Positions 21,694 through 37,206 of a DNA stretch of 64,000 nucleotides are shown piece after piece. The notes under the pieces are model-generated. The model did no database searches, was not told the DNA's origin, and was given only the letters and a program-made list of their open reading frames with translations. The position numbers and the translations under genes were made by a program. Within the stretch, counting starts at the first letter, position 1; each line of letters opens with the position of its first letter. This DNA comes from an uncultured Chloroflexia bacterium (GTDB lineage: Bacteria; Chloroflexota; Limnocylindria; QHBO01). The stretch covers positions 52,162 to 116,161 of the forward strand of contig CAWCQX010000009.1 in the NCBI GenBank assembly GCA_963797855.1. The letters run 5' to 3'.

Positions 21694-23699
21694 CTAGGCG
21701 AGCATCCCCTCGCGCGCGAGGTGCGCCTTCAGCCGCTCGGCGAGGTCGCGGCTGATCCCCGGCGTCGCCGCCACCTCCTCGACCGATGCCTCCCGGATGC
21801 GCCGCACCGAGCCGAAGCGCTTGAGGAGCGCCTTCTTCCGACCCGGCCCGATGCCCGCGATGTCGTCGAGCTCGCTGCGCAGCGCCCGCTTGCCGCGGAC
21901 GTCGCGGTGGTAGGTGATCGCGAACCGATGCGCCTCGTCCCGGATGCGCTGGACGAGGTAGAGCGCCTGCGACCGGCGCGGCAGCACGACCGGCGCGGAC
22001 CGGCCGGGCAGGTAGAGCTCCTCGAAGCGCTTCGCCAGGCCGGCGAGCGGGACGTCGGTGATCCCCAGCTCCGCGAGCACGCCGACCGCCGCCGAGAGCT
22101 GGCCCTTGCCGCCGTCGACGATGACGAGGTCGGGCACGGCCCAGCCGGCCTCGCGCGGGCGCGCTCGGCGGTTCGCCTCGATCGGTCCGGCGTCCGGCTC
22201 GAGGTCGAGCGGCTCGTCGTGCTCGCGGTCGCCCTCCGGCGCCTCGTCGGCGCCGACCGCGGCCAGCGACAGGGCGCCGGTCTCGGCCCGCAGCTTCGCG
22301 ACGCGGCTGAATCGGCGGCGAAGGACCTCGGCCATCATCCGGAAGTCGTCGGGCGTGTCGCCGGAGCGGATCCGGAAGCGGCGGTACTCCTGCGGCTCCG
22401 GCCTGCCGTCGATGAAGACGACCATGGAGCCGACCGCCGACGTGCCCTGGATGTTGCTCATGTCGTAGCACTCGATCCGCTCCGGCGCGCGTGGCAGCCC
22501 GAGCGCGGAGGCGAGCTCGGTCAGCGCCTCGTCGCGCTTGCGCGGCATCGGCCATCCACTCGGCCCGCTCGCGCTCGAGCGCCTCGACCGCGTTCTGGGT
22601 GGCGAGCGCCACCAGCCGCCGCTTCTCGCCGCGCTCCGGGACGGTGATCGTGACGCGCACGCCGCGCCGATCGGCGAGGTAGGCGGCCAGGTCGTCGGCA
22701 TCGGCCGGCATGAGCGGGCACGAGCAGCGCGCGCGGGAGCGCATCGGTGGTGGCGTAGTACTGCTGCAGGAAGGAGCCGAGCACCTCGGCCTCGGTCACG
22801 TCGCGCGCGCCCTCGACGATGAAGTGCTCGCGGCCGATGAGCTTGCCGTTGCGGACCTGCATGACCTGGACGCAGGCCTCGTCCTCCTCGCGCGCCATGC
22901 CGATCGACGTCGTGCTCGGCGCGGCTGAAGGCGGCCATCTTCTGCTGCTCCATCGTCCGCTCGACGGCGCGCAGCTTGTCGCGCGCCACGGCTGCCTGCT
23001 CGTAGCGGAGCGCCTCGGCGTGCGCCTCCATCTCGCGGCGCAGCTCGGCGGCGATCGGCTCCTGCTTGCCCTCGAGGAAGTCGACGATCTGGCCGATCGT
23101 CTCGCGGTAGGGCGCCTTCTCGATGGCCTGGATGCACGGCCCCTGGCATCGGTTGATGTAGTACAGCAGGCAGGGGCGCTCGAGGACGCGCTTGCCCTCC
23201 GGGATGTCGAGGTTGCAGGTCCGGAACGGGAAGATCTTGCGCAGCAGCTTCAGCGTCTCGTCGACGCTCGAGGCCGATGCGTACGGGCCGAAGTAGCGGC
23301 TCCCGTCCCGGACCAGCCGCCGGGTCCGCACGATCCGCGGGAAGTCCTCGCCGAGCGTGATCTTCACGAACGGGTAGCTCTTGTCGTCGCGCAGCCGGAT
23401 GTTGAAGCGGGGCCGGTGCTCCTTGATGAGGTTGCGACTCGAGGAGGTAGGCCTCGCTGCACCGTGTCGGTGACGATGTAGTCGACGTCGGCGACCTCGG
23501 TCACCATGCGGCCGATGCGGGCGTCCTCGGGCGGCCGCGCCCCGAAGTACGAGCGGACGCGGCCGCGCAGCGAGTCCGCCTTGCCGACGTACAGCACCCG
23601 GCCGCGCGGCGTTCTTCATCAGGTACACGCCCGGGCCTCGTCGGCAGCCGGCGCAGCACGGCGCGCAGCTGGTCGGGCAGGGCGCGCTGGGGGCTCATG
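21694..23699 (-). CDS. uvrC: excinuclease ABC subunit C (frameshifted near the N-terminus)
   Basis: GIY-YIG ([28 protein letters not shown]), UvrBC interaction region, RNase H-like domain and C-terminal (HhH)2 ([19 protein letters not shown]). Confidence 0.8.
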
Positions 23700-24111
23700 G
23701 GATCGATTCTAGGCGTGGCCGGGCCGCGATCGAGGCCGCAGGTAGCGTCGATCAGCCCCGCATCGGCCTCGCCGTCGATGAGCCCGAGCAGCCGATCCAG
23801 GCCGCGGGACGTCGCCGCGATCTCGTCGCGGTCAGCCAGCCGACCTCGGCGATCTCGCCGAACTGCGGCTCGAGCTCGCCGCCGATCACGGGGCCGCCGA
23901 ACACGAAGCTCACGTGTCGCGCGCTCGGCGAGCGTCGACGAGCGCAGCCGCTCGACGCCGACCTCGAGCCCGGTCTCCTCCCGCGTCTCGCGGACCGCGG
24001 CCACGTGCGGCGTCTCGCCGCGCTCGACGCGGCCGCCGGGGAGCATCCAGCCCGGCCGAGGTACGTGGTGCGCACGACGAGGATCCGGCCCTCGTCATCG
24101 GTGGCCAGCAC
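23700..24111 (-). CDS. NUDIX hydrolase (frameshifted)
   Basis: Nudix box [28 protein letters not shown] plus N-terminal [17 protein letters not shown], in two frames. Confidence 0.55.
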
Positions 24112-24119
24112 GTGGGCGC

Positions 24120-25390
24120 CCTCGATGCGGCGGTATCGGCCGCCGAACAGCCCGGCGAGCTCGATGACGCCGCCGATGAGGAGCCGCGGGAGATCGGCGG
24201 CCGGAGGCGCCGCCTACGGCGCATCGGTCGCGGACGGGGCCGGTTCGGGCGGCTGCGCCAGCTCGTCGGCGAGGTACTGCTGGATGCCGCCGTAGTCGCC
24301 CGGCCCGGTCCAGCCGGTCGGGATGAGGATGTACTGGCCGATCGGTGTTCGTCGTCGCCGTCAGGACCGGGCCCTCGGTGAGCTCGACGCGGCGGTCGCT
24401 CGACAGGTGCGACGAGAGGAGGAACAGGTCGATCACGGACAGGTCGGTGCGGACCCGGCCCTCCATCGCGTCCATGAGCCCCAGGCCCGGGACCGATCGA
24501 GCCGACGCCGCCGTCGCCGAGCTTCGCGCGCAGCGCCGCGAGGATCCGCGCCTGGCGCACCGACCGCGCGAAGTCGGTCGACTCCGACACGACGCTCGTG
24601 TAGCGCGCCCGGGAGTAGGCGAGCGCCTGCTCGCCGTCGAGGTGGAGCTCGCCCTGCTCGAAGCGGCCCATGTCCCAGTTGCCGGCGAGGTGCGATACTC
24701 CTCGATCGTCGTGTAGCTGAAGGCGACCGGGTTGTCGACCGTCACGCCGCCGACGGCGTCGACCATCTCCTGGAAGCCCGGTGAAGTCGATCGAGAGCCA
24801 GTGGTCGATCTCGAGCCCGGTGACCGTCGAGAGCGACGTCGGCCAGCGCGCGCCGGCGCGTCGTCGAGGGACTCTCGCCGTTGATGTAGCCGAGCGCGAA
24901 CACCTCGTTGATCTTGCCGTTCTGCGGAACGCCGGCGACGCCCTCGATCCACAGGTCGCGCGGGATCGGGATCGTGGTGTCGTGTCGGTCGCCGGATCGA
25001 TCGAGAGGATCTGGATCGAGTCGGCCAGGTAGGCGCCGTCGTGGTCCGCCGCCGCCGTAGCCGACCATCAGCACGTTGACCCGGTCGCTGCCGTTCAGCG
25101 GGCCGAGGAGCGGGGTCGAGGGGAATGGGGCGCTCGAGACGGTGGCGTTGAAGGCGGCCGCCCGCATCCCGAGCAGGACGCCGCCGACGATCGACGGCCA
25201 GCGAGCACGAGGAGCAGGACGTTGCGCACCGTTCGCCGGAACGAGCGTCCGCGCGCGGCGCGCGTGCGCGCGGCGCGCCGCGGCTGCGCGGAGGCTGGCC
25301 TGCTGCCGGCGGTCGCCGCTCGCTGCGAGGCGCCGCCGGAGCGGATCAGCTCGCGGTCGTAGGGACGGGTCGTCGTCGCGTCGCGCGGTG
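24120..25390 (-). CDS. LytR-CpsA-Psr (LCP) family cell-envelope protein (multiply frameshifted; boundaries approximate)
   Basis: DRVNVLMVGYGGGG...IPRDLWIEGVAG...GKINEVFALGYING; ...GELHLDGEQALAYSRARY...; N-terminal Arg-rich segment plus TM. Confidence 0.55.
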
Positions 25391-27113
25391 TCTCGGCGTC
25401 ACACGGATCTCATGCTGCGGCTGGGATGGTCGTCGCTGGGCGGCGACAGGATAGGGCTTGCCCTCTGACGGCCGGCACGCCGCGCTGTCACCGATAAGCC
25501 GCCGGTGATCCGCCGGTAAGCGGCCGCCGCCACACGATCGGCCGATGGACCGCCGTCGCCGACACCGACCCGGCTCGACCTCGGCCCGATCCTCGACGCG
25601 CTCGACCCGGAGCAGCGGGCCGCCGCGACGCTGCCGGACGGGCCGGCCCAGATCATCGCGCCGGCCGGCAGCGGCAAGACGACGACGATGGTCGCCCGCC
25701 TCGCCGTGCTCCTCGCGCGCGGCGTCGCGCCGGCGCGGATCTGCGTCGTGACCTTCAACCGCGATGCCGCGCAGGACCTCGCGCGCGCGGGTCGCGAAGC
25801 GCCTCGGCCCGTCGGTGCCGGCCGCCACGTCGATCGAGATCCGCACGCTCCACGCGCTCGCGCGCCAGGTGCTGCTCGACGCCGGCGAGGGCTCGAACCT
25901 CGTCGCCGACCGGCTTCCGCTGCTGCGCGCCGCCCGGCGACGGCATGCCGCGGCGGATCCATCGGTCCCGCTGCCGGAGGCGTCGCCAGCTCGACACCTG
26001 GCTCTCGGCCTGGAAGGTCGAGGGCCGCGCGCCGCCGGCCGAGGCCGACGCCCGTGCTGCGGACCTACGAGGATCTGCTGCGCGCGCGCGGCGCGATCGA
26101 CTTCGACGACCTCGTCGTCCGCGCCTGCCGACCTGCTCGAGACGCGATCCGGCGCTCCGCCTGCGCTGGCAGTCGCGCTTCAGCACGTCTGCGTCGACGA
26201 GTTCCAGGACGTCGATGCCGCGCAGCTGCGCCTCGTCCGGCTCCTCGCCGCGCCCGAGGACAACCTCTTCGTGGTCGGCGACGACGACCAGACGATCTAC
26301 GCCTGGCGCCTCGCCGATGTCCGGCGCATCCTGCGCTTCGTCGAGCGACTACCCGGCCGCGCGGCGCGTGATGCTGGCGACGAACTACCGATGCCCGGCG
26401 GCCGTCATCGAGGCGTCCGCGCGGATGGTCGCCGTCAACCGCGAGCGCTTCGCGAAGCCGATTCGGGCGCCCGCACGGCGCCGCGGCACGAGCCCGGCGG
26501 CGATCTCGGCGGTGAGCACGGCCGACCCGCGCTGGCCGCGACGCATGGCGCAGCTCGCGGCGGCCGAGGACCGCGCCGGCCGAACGCTGCTGCTTCCTGT
26601 CGCGCACGCGCGGCGAGCTGACGCCGGTCCTCCTCGCGCTCGTCGCGCGCCGGCGTCCGGCACACGGCCGCCGTCCCGCCGCTCGTCGAGGCCGAACCCG
26701 TGCTCGAGCTCGTCGTGGCCGCGCGCGCCTCAGACGATGGCGGCCATCCGTTCCACGTCCTGCGACGGCTCCGCGCCGCGCGCGGCTGGGATCGCGGCAG
26801 CCCGTCCGGCGACCTGCTCTCCGACGAGGATCATGCGGCGCTCGACGCGCTCCTCGGCTGGACCGCCGCGTTCCGCACGGTCGACGCATTCGTCGACGCC
26901 TTCGCCGGCGCGCGAGCGCGGATCGCCGCGCTGCGGGATCCCGGATGCCCGCGTCGAGCTCGCGACGGTCCACGCCTCGAAGGGGCGGGAGTGGGAGACC
27001 GTGGTGCTCGTCGGGTTCGAGGCCGATCGGATCCCGAACCGGCGGACGCTGCGTGGACGCCGATGACCCGGACCGCGCGATGGAGGAGGAGCGGCGGCTG
27101 GCGTACGTCGCCG

Positions 27114-30139
<3,026 letters not shown>

Positions 30140-30299
30140 TAATCCTAACAGGATCTGGACCGATGCGAACGCCTGTTCGGTTTGGATCGAGCTCGCGGAT
30201 CGCCAAGGCGAGGCCAGTCTCCCGCCGATTCATGCCAACTGATGACGGGTATCCGCTGATCGCTTCACCGCGGCCCACGCGACGCGGCAGAATGGACAG

Positions 30300-31160
30300 A
30301 TGACCGCGCGCGCCGTGCCCGCCGACGGCGATGGGAGATCCGGGTCATTGGTCGTCGCCGCGGTCCTCGCCGTCGGCATCGGCACGGTCGCCAACGGCTT
30401 CTTCGGTCAGCGAGTGGTACTTCAACGCCGACAACGTCGTCGACGCCCTCCCGCTGGCGCTGCCGTTCCTCGTCTCGGCCGGGGTGATCGCCGGGCAGGA
30501 TCGATGGCCTGCGGGGCGAACGTGGCTGACCGCCGGGGCATGGCTCCTCGCCATCGGCTGGGGCGCTCGCGGTCGTCCTGCGAGGTCCAGATCGCGTTCA
30601 TCGAGAACGATGACGCCGGCATTTCTTGATGCGCAGCCCTGGTTCTTCATGCGCGCAGTGGTCAGCGCGCTTCGCCGAGCTGCTGGGGTTCGCGAGCCTC
30701 GCGGCCGGCCTCTGGCTTGCGCGCCCGGCCGAATGGGCGCGTCCGTCCGGCGGTGATGATCGGAATCGCGGCCGTCATCGCGATCGCGGCGGCTGGTCCA
30801 ATCGCCGCGCTTGGTGTCAGCGCGATCGTTCTGACTGATCCGATCGTGATCCTGGGCCAGGTACCGATCTCGCTCGGCCTCTTTGCATCGGGTGCGCTTG
30901 CCGTTGCCGCCATCCGCGCCGTTCCGCGCGGTCCGACCGATTCCCGAGCTGCTCATCGCGTCAGGCGCCGCCTGCGCCACGATCGCACATGGGCGTTTCG
31001 TGGTGGCTGTTCTACCTTGAGCCCTCATTCGAGACCTTCGCGTGGCTGTCGGCCGCCTCCAGCGCCGGCCTGCTCGTGCTGGGCGCCGGGTTCTGGAGCG
31101 GCGACCCTGTTCTGGCCCGCGGACGACCGATCAGTCGGCGAGGCTCAGCCCTCAGCCTGA
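30300..31160 (+). CDS. hypothetical polytopic membrane protein (frameshifted)
   Basis: Strongly hydrophobic segments in three plus-strand frames (VVAAVLAVGIGTVANGFF; ALPLALPFLVSAGVIAG; VMIGIAAVIAIAAAGPIAALGVSAIVL; FAWLSAASSAGLLVLGAGFW). No recognisable family. Confidence 0.35.
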
Positions 31161-32522
31161 CGCGGCGATCAGGTCCCGATACCACGCCCCGCTGGCCTTG
31201 ATCGTCCGGCGCTGCGTCTCGAAGTCGACGTGGACGATGCCGAACCGCTTCGTGTAGCCGAAGCCCCACTCGAAGTTGTCCATCAGAGACCAGGCGAAAT
31301 AGGCCTCGACCGGCACGCCGGCCTCGATCGCCTCGGCCATCGCCGTGACGTGGTCGCGGTAATAGGCAAGGCGCTCGTCGTCCTGGACCGATCCATCTGC
31401 CGCCACTTCGTCGACGAACGCCGCACCGTTCTCGGTGATCGCGATCGACGGCGGTGCGTACTCGCGATGGATCCGCTCGAGCAGCTGCCGCAGCCCGTCG
31501 GGATGGACCTCCCAACCCATCTCGGTCTCCGGCAGCCCTCCACGGGTCATGACGGTCGCGACGGGTGCGCTCGCCTCTCCGGCGCGCGGCGCGCGGATGA
31601 CGTTCCGGGTGTAGTAGTTCACTCCGAGGATGTCGACCGGCAGGGTGCCCGTGTCGAGCTCGCCGACATCGATCCCTTCAAGGATCGGCCCGTATGCCTC
31701 CACGACGTCACGCGGGTAGCCGCGGCCCATCACCGGGTCGAGGAACCAGCGGTTCGCGGTCCCGTCATGGAGCCTCGCGGCCGCGCGGTCCGCATCGGTC
31801 TCGGTCGCCGGCTCGACGTGGTGGAGGTTCAGCGCGATGCCGATGCGCGCGCCCGGCACCGCGGCGCGAATCGCCTCGACCGCCGCGCGATGCGCGAGAT
31901 GCGTGTGGTGGGCGGCCCGCAGCGCGGCCGACCAGTCCTGGATCTCCGGGCGCGTGCCGGCCGATGCCGTAGCCGAGCATCGCGATGCACCACGGCTCGT
32001 TGAGCGTCAGCCAGTTGCGGACCCGATCGCCGAACCGATCGACCAGGATCGCCGTGTACTCGGCGAAGCGGGCAACGACGTCCCGGTCCGGCCAGCCGCC
32101 GGCATCCTCGAGCGGCTGCGGAAGGTCCCAGTGGAAGAGGGTGAGCCAGGGATCGATCCCCCGCTCGAGCAGCCCGTCGACGAGCCGGTCGTAGAACTCC
32201 AGGCCCTTGAGGTTCGCCGGGCCGCTGCCGGTGGGCTGGACGCGCGGCCAGGCCACGCTGAACCGATACGCGCCGAGGCCCATCGAGGCCATCAGGTCGA
32301 GATCCTCGTCGAGTCGGTGGAAGTGGTCGCAGGCGACGTCGCCAGTGCCACCGTCCTCGGTCATGCCCGGCGTGTGCGAGTACGTGTCCCAGATGCTCGG
32401 GCCTCGGCCGTCGGCATCGACGGCGCCCTCGATCTGGTACGCGGAGGTTGCAGCTCCCCAGGCGAAGCCCGGAGGGAATCGATCGATCAGCCGCCGTGGG
32501 GCGACGGAGGGGGTGGTGGACA
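31152..32522 (-). CDS. GH1 family beta-glucosidase (one or more frameshifts)
   Basis: N-terminal [15 protein letters not shown]...LTLNEPW (acid/base) and C-terminal ...YITENGAAF (nucleophile; here [10 protein letters not shown])...[18 protein letters not shown]. Confidence 0.8.
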
Positions 32523-32828
32523 TCGGGCGAGGCCTACGAGGATCCGGAGCCGGCGATGGCCACCAGCGCCCGCGATTCCCCCGCCTCACGAGCGGTGATC
32601 GTGACGCCGTCGCAACAGGCGAACCAGGCGTGGATGGCGTCGAGCGCCACGCGATCGGCCGCGGATGCGCGTCGCGAGCAGATCCTCTCCCCGCGCGACG
32701 GCGATGGCATGGTCGACCCAGACGCCGTCCTCGACGTAGCCCAGCCCGAAGCTCATCTCGCCGAACCTTCGCATGATCAATGTCCGTCGATGCATGCCGC
32801 TCCTTCCTCCGTCTGACACTGCGATTGC

Positions 32829-33875
32829 CTAGGTCGACCTGGAACTCGAACCGCGCACGACGAGCTGTGTATCGAGGATCACGCGGCGCGGAGCGCGATC
32901 CGGGAGCCTGATCTCCTGCATGAGCAGCCGGGCCATCTCCCGGCCCATCTCCTCGATCGGCTGTCGCACGCTGGACAGCCTCGGCTCCGTCGTCAGGCAC
33001 AGCTGCGAGTCGTCGAAGCCGACGACGGCGACGTCATCGGGGATGGAACGGCCGGCCCCGCGAAGCGCGGCAAGGGCTCCGATGGCCATGAGGTCCGAGG
33101 CGGCGAAGACGGCATCGAGGTTGGGGTGCCGTTCGAGCAGTCGTTCCATCGCGGCGCGCCCGCCCTCGTGGGTGAAGTCGGCGATCTCGACCATGCCGTG
33201 GTCGGGACCGATGCCGGCCTCCGCAAGTCGATCGTGATAGCCGAGCAGGCGATCGACGCCCGCCGCCATGTCCTGCGGCCCGGCGATCGTCGCGATCCGA
33301 CGACGGCCGGTGTCGGCCAGATGCTGGACCGCGTGCCCGGCTCCGGCGCGGTTGTCGACGTCGACGTAGCTGACGCCCTCGGCCGGGGGCCGGCCACCGA
33401 CGACGATCGGGATCCCGGACCGTCGAAGCCCGGCGGGCAGCGGGTCGGCTCCGTGGAGCGAGATGAGCATGGCCCCGTCGCTGTGGCCGGCGCCGAGGTA
33501 CCGCTCGACGCGCTCCTCATCGGTTCGAGAGTGCGGCATGAGGAGGATGAGCTGCATCGACTCCTCGGCCAGCGCGTCGCTGATCCCGCGCAGGATCCGC
33601 GGGAAGAACGGGTCGCCGAACAGCTGGGCGCCCGGTTCGGGGATGACGACGGCGATGGAGTCGCTCCGCCGCGTCACGAGGCTCCTGGCCGCCTGATTCG
33701 GCACGTACCCGAGGCTGCGAACGGCGGCCTGGACGGCCTCGCGCGCCGGCTGGCTCACGCGCCGATCGCCATTGACGACCCGCGACGCGGTCGCACGCGA
33801 GACCCGCGCCTCACGGGCGACTTGCTCGAGGGTCACGGTGCCATCCGGCGGGTGTGAGAGCGCTCTCACGGTCAC
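32829..33875 (-). CDS. LacI family transcriptional regulator
   Basis: Intact 348-aa ORF. N-terminal HTH ([22 protein letters not shown]) and periplasmic-binding-protein-like sugar-binding core. Confidence 0.85.
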   Translation of the reverse strand: MTVRALSHPPDGTVTLEQVAREARVSRATASRVVNGDRRVSQPAREAVQAAVRSLGYVPNQAARSLVTRRSDSIAVVIPEPGAQLFGDPFFPRILRGISDALAEESMQLILLMPHSRTDEERVERYLGAGHSDGAMLISLHGADPLPAGLRRSGIPIVVGGRPPAEGVSYVDVDNRAGAGHAVQHLADTGRRRIATIAGPQDMAAGVDRLLGYHDRLAEAGIGPDHGMVEIADFTHEGGRAAMERLLERHPNLDAVFAASDLMAIGALAALRGAGRSIPDDVAVVGFDDSQLCLTTEPRLSSVRQPIEEMGREMARLLMQEIRLPDRAPRRVILDTQLVVRGSSSRST

Positions 33876-34043
33876 TCGGCATTCTAGGCGGGTCCGTCAA
33901 GAGAGCGCTTCCATCCCCGGACCTGCCCATGCAGATTGATCGGTCAAGTGCGATCTGGGGCGGATCCGCACAGTTGGCAGCCGGTGCCGGCCGCGTCATC
34001 CTGAGGGCAGTACCAGACCAGTACTTTAGGGGCGACCAGTCCG

Positions 34044-34304
34044 ATGTTCTCGGTGGCAGTCAAGGGCTATGGCATCGTCATCTGGGACGACGACGGGATG
34101 TGGCGCACGTACAGTGCGAACGAGTCGATGAGCGCCACCCTCTCGGCCCGCGTCGAGATGGCCCTGGAAGGGCTCGAGCTCGGCCACTGCAGCCAGGATG
34201 CCGTCTGTTCGGCGCTCCTCTCGATCGCCGGGGCACATCTCTTTTCGGTCGACTGCAACCACGGTCCCGATGAGCCCTGCGGGGGCGAAGACGCCCTGAA
34301 CTGA
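34044..34304 (+). CDS. hypothetical small protein (86 aa, 4 Cys) upstream of the ABC-2 operon
   Basis: ORF in a locally lower-GC spacer between the LacI and ABC genes. Weak SD. No recognisable domain. Confidence 0.3.
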   Translation: MFSVAVKGYGIVIWDDDGMWRTYSANESMSATLSARVEMALEGLELGHCSQDAVCSALLSIAGAHLFSVDCNHGPDEPCGGEDALN

Positions 34305-34395
34305 CCCGCCACGGCGGCCGCGTGCGAGGTTCCCGCCACGGGCCGCCGGTGCTACCATCGCGCTCCCGCCCATCTCTGCCGTTCGGCCATGCGCC

Positions 34396-35441
34396 GTGGG
34401 GACCATGCCCGACCTCCCAGACGATCTCGCCATTCACGCGCGTGCGGTCACGCGCGTGTACAAGGCCAAGCCCGATCCGGTGACCGCCCTCGGCGGCGTC
34501 GACCTCGACGTCCAGCCGGGCGAGTACTTCGGCCTGCTCGGGCCCAACGGCGCGGGAAAGACGACCCTGATCAAGATCCTCACCACGCTCCTGCTCCCGA
34601 CGAGCGGGACGGCTCGCGTGGCCGGGTTCGATGTCGAGACCGAGACCGCCAAGATCCGGCGCGTCATCAACATGGTCGCCGGCGGCGAGCAGTCGGGGTA
34701 TGGCCTCCTGACGCTGCGCGAGCAGCTCTGGATGTTCAGCCAGTTCTACGGCCTTTCCTATCGCGATGGCTGGCGCAAGGTCGACGAGCTCATCGAGATC
34801 ACCGGGCTGGTCGAGCAGAAGGACCAGAAGGTCCGCACGCTCTCGACCGGCCAGCGCCAGAAGCTGAACTTCGCTCGGGGCCTCCTCAACGATCCGTGGG
34901 TGCTCTTCCTCGACGAGCCAACGCTCGGCCTGGACGTCGCCGCGGCGCGCGACCTTCGCGAGCACACCCTCGCCTGGAAGGCCGCCGCGCCCGGACGAAC
35001 CCTGCTCCTCACCACGCACTACATGGTGGAAGCCGAGCAGCTGTGTGACCGGATCGCGATCGTCGATCGCGGGCGAATCCTCGCGCTCGGCACCCCGGAG
35101 GAGCTCCGGCGTCGCGTCCAGGGGGAGTCGATCTTCCGGATCGAGCTCGACCAGATGCCGGGCGGCGGCGGGCTTGCCGCGATCGGTGCCTTGCCCGGCG
35201 TCCTGTCGGCCGTCATGGCCGATGAAGACGGCGCCGATGGGGCCGGTGTCGACCGCGTGGCGCTGAAGGTTGCTCTCACCGACGACTCCGCACTGACGAG
35301 CGTCGTGACGGCGGTCGCGGAGAGAGGCTCGCAGCTCGTCGGACTGGCAAAGTCCGAGCCAAGCCTGGAGGACGTCTTCGTCGAGCTGGTCGGCCGTGGA
35401 TTCGGCGATGCGATGGCGATGGCGAGGACAAGGCGTCATGA
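34396..35441 (+). CDS. ABC transporter ATP-binding protein (ABC-2/DrrA-like); C-terminal frameshift likely
   Basis: Walker A GPNGAGKTT, Q-loop, signature LSTGQRQKL, Walker B LLFLDEPTLGLD, H-loop. In its own frame there is no stop for a further 1.7 kb. A TGA overlapping the permease ATG (GTCATGACG) is reached only after a 1-nt shift. Confidence 0.72.
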
Positions 35442-36313
35442 CGACGTACGACTCGACGCTCGCGACCAACCCGCGCGACGCGGCCGAATGGTCCCGTGGC
35501 CGGGTGGTCCGGGTGAACCTGCGTGCCGTCTTCGGACGTGCCTACCCGCGCATCATCGGCCTCACGCGCGAGCCCTCGTGGCTCTTCTTCGAGATCTTCC
35601 TGCCGTTCCTCGCGGTGAGCGCGTTCGTCTTCGTGTACCGGGCGCTCGACGCGCCGGAGGAGTACATCGGGTTCGTCGTGGTCGGTGGCGCGATGACCGC
35701 CTTCTGGCTCAACGTGGTCTGGATGATGGCCGCCCAGTTCTACTGGGAGAAGGACCAGGGCAATCTCGAGCTGTACTTCTCCGCGCCGATGCACCTGATG
35801 AGCATCCTGGCCGGAATGGCCATCGGCGGCCTGGTGATGACGAGCTCCCGAGCGCTGGCCGTGATCGCGATCGGTTCGCTCCTCTACGGCGTCACCTACG
35901 ACATCCAGCAGCCGTGGCTCCTGGTGGCGGTCTTCTTCATGACGATGATCCCGCTCTATGGTCTCGGCATGCTCTTCGCGTCGCTGTTCCTCATGTGGGG
36001 CCGCGAGGCCAATCACTTCGCCGAGCTGCTCCAGGAGCCGATCTACTTCCTGGGCGGAGTGAACTTTCCGTTGGCCGCCATCGGGCCGATCGCCGGCCTG
36101 ATGATCGCGACCCTTCCACTCGCCGTCGGCCTCGACGCGATGCGCCAGCTCGTCTTCGCCGGCAGCGACGTCGCCGGCGTGCTGCCGGTCGGGACCGAGA
36201 TCGCGATCCTGGCAGTGATGGGCGTCGTCTTCCTCGTCGGCGCTCGGATCGCGCTGAAGCACCTCGAATACCTCGCCCGGCGCGAGGGCCGGCTGACGCT
36301 GAGATGGCAGTGA
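35438..36313 (+). CDS. ABC-2 type transporter permease
   Basis: Intact. Six TM helices, ABC-2 membrane domain. Start MTTYDSTL overlaps upstream stop (ATGA). Confidence 0.75.
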   Translation: MTTYDSTLATNPRDAAEWSRGRVVRVNLRAVFGRAYPRIIGLTREPSWLFFEIFLPFLAVSAFVFVYRALDAPEEYIGFVVVGGAMTAFWLNVVWMMAAQFYWEKDQGNLELYFSAPMHLMSILAGMAIGGLVMTSSRALAVIAIGSLLYGVTYDIQQPWLLVAVFFMTMIPLYGLGMLFASLFLMWGREANHFAELLQEPIYFLGGVNFPLAAIGPIAGLMIATLPLAVGLDAMRQLVFAGSDVAGVLPVGTEIAILAVMGVVFLVGARIALKHLEYLARREGRLTLRWQ

Positions 36314-37176
36314 CCTATCGCGCCGCGGACGTTCGCGGCATGACGCTGGCGGACGCGTGGCGCAGCTTCCGAACCGCGATCGGGCTGGGCTGGGCGATCG
36401 AGTCCAACTGGTCGGACCCGTTCCTGTTCGCGGTCTACACCATCGCCAAGCCGCTCGCCGCGGCGTTGATCCTGGTCGTGATGTTCCAGGTCATCACCGG
36501 CGGCCAGGGAACCGACTTCCTCCAGTTCATGATCGTCGGCAGCGCGCTGTGGAACGTCGTCTTCGGCGTCATCGGCGGCATGGTGCAGTCGATCCTCGAG
36601 GATCGCGAGCGGTACCGGATGATGAAGTACGTCGTCGTCACACCGACCTCGCTCTTCCCGTTCCTCATCGGGCGCTCGCTGGCTCGCGTGCTCATCTCGA
36701 TGGTCGCCGTGGCGCTGACGCTCCTCGTGGGCGTCGTCTTCCTCGGCGTCGTGCTGCAGCCGAACCTGCCCTACCTCGTGGTGGCCAGCGTGCTCGGCCT
36801 CATCGCGGTGATGTCGCTCGGCATCGGCATGGCCGGCTGGTGCCTCCAGCTGCGCCAGGAGGCGTGGCACTACCCGGAGGCGATCGCCGGCGCGCTCTAC
36901 CTCGTCTCGGGCGCCATCTTCCCGGTCGACATCCTGCCCGCGGTCCTGAAGCCGATCGCCTACGTGATGCCCACCACCTGGTGGCTCGAGGCATCCCGAC
37001 GCGGCCTTCTCGGCCACGGGTCTCCGGGCTCGATCGGCGAGCTGTCGGACGGGACCGTCATGCTCTACCTGTTCGTGAGCACGGCCATTGCCCTCCCGAT
37101 TGCGCTGGCGCTCTTCGCGTGGTTCATGCGCCGCGCCCGCCAGGCGGGCCTCCTCGACATGGTGACCGGGAGCTGA
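36304..37176 (+). CDS. ABC-2 type transporter permease (second subunit)
   Basis: Intact. ATG overlaps stop of previous permease (ATGGCAGTGA). Six TM helices. Confidence 0.75.
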   Translation: MAVTYRAADVRGMTLADAWRSFRTAIGLGWAIESNWSDPFLFAVYTIAKPLAAALILVVMFQVITGGQGTDFLQFMIVGSALWNVVFGVIGGMVQSILEDRERYRMMKYVVVTPTSLFPFLIGRSLARVLISMVAVALTLLVGVVFLGVVLQPNLPYLVVASVLGLIAVMSLGIGMAGWCLQLRQEAWHYPEAIAGALYLVSGAIFPVDILPAVLKPIAYVMPTTWWLEASRRGLLGHGSPGSIGELSDGTVMLYLFVSTAIALPIALALFAWFMRRARQAGLLDMVTGS

Positions 37177-37206
37177 GTCCGAGCCCGCTGTGCAGCGCGC
37201 GGAGCG

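Noticed and set aside
34396-37176. Single 926-aa ORF spanning the ABC ATPase and both permeases
   Set aside because: Artefact. The ATPase domain ends about 35400. Permease 1 is in another frame (35438-36313) with its own stop. Permease 2 happens to share the ATPase frame. The stop-free stretch between is chance plus a probable 1-nt indel at the ATPase C-terminus.
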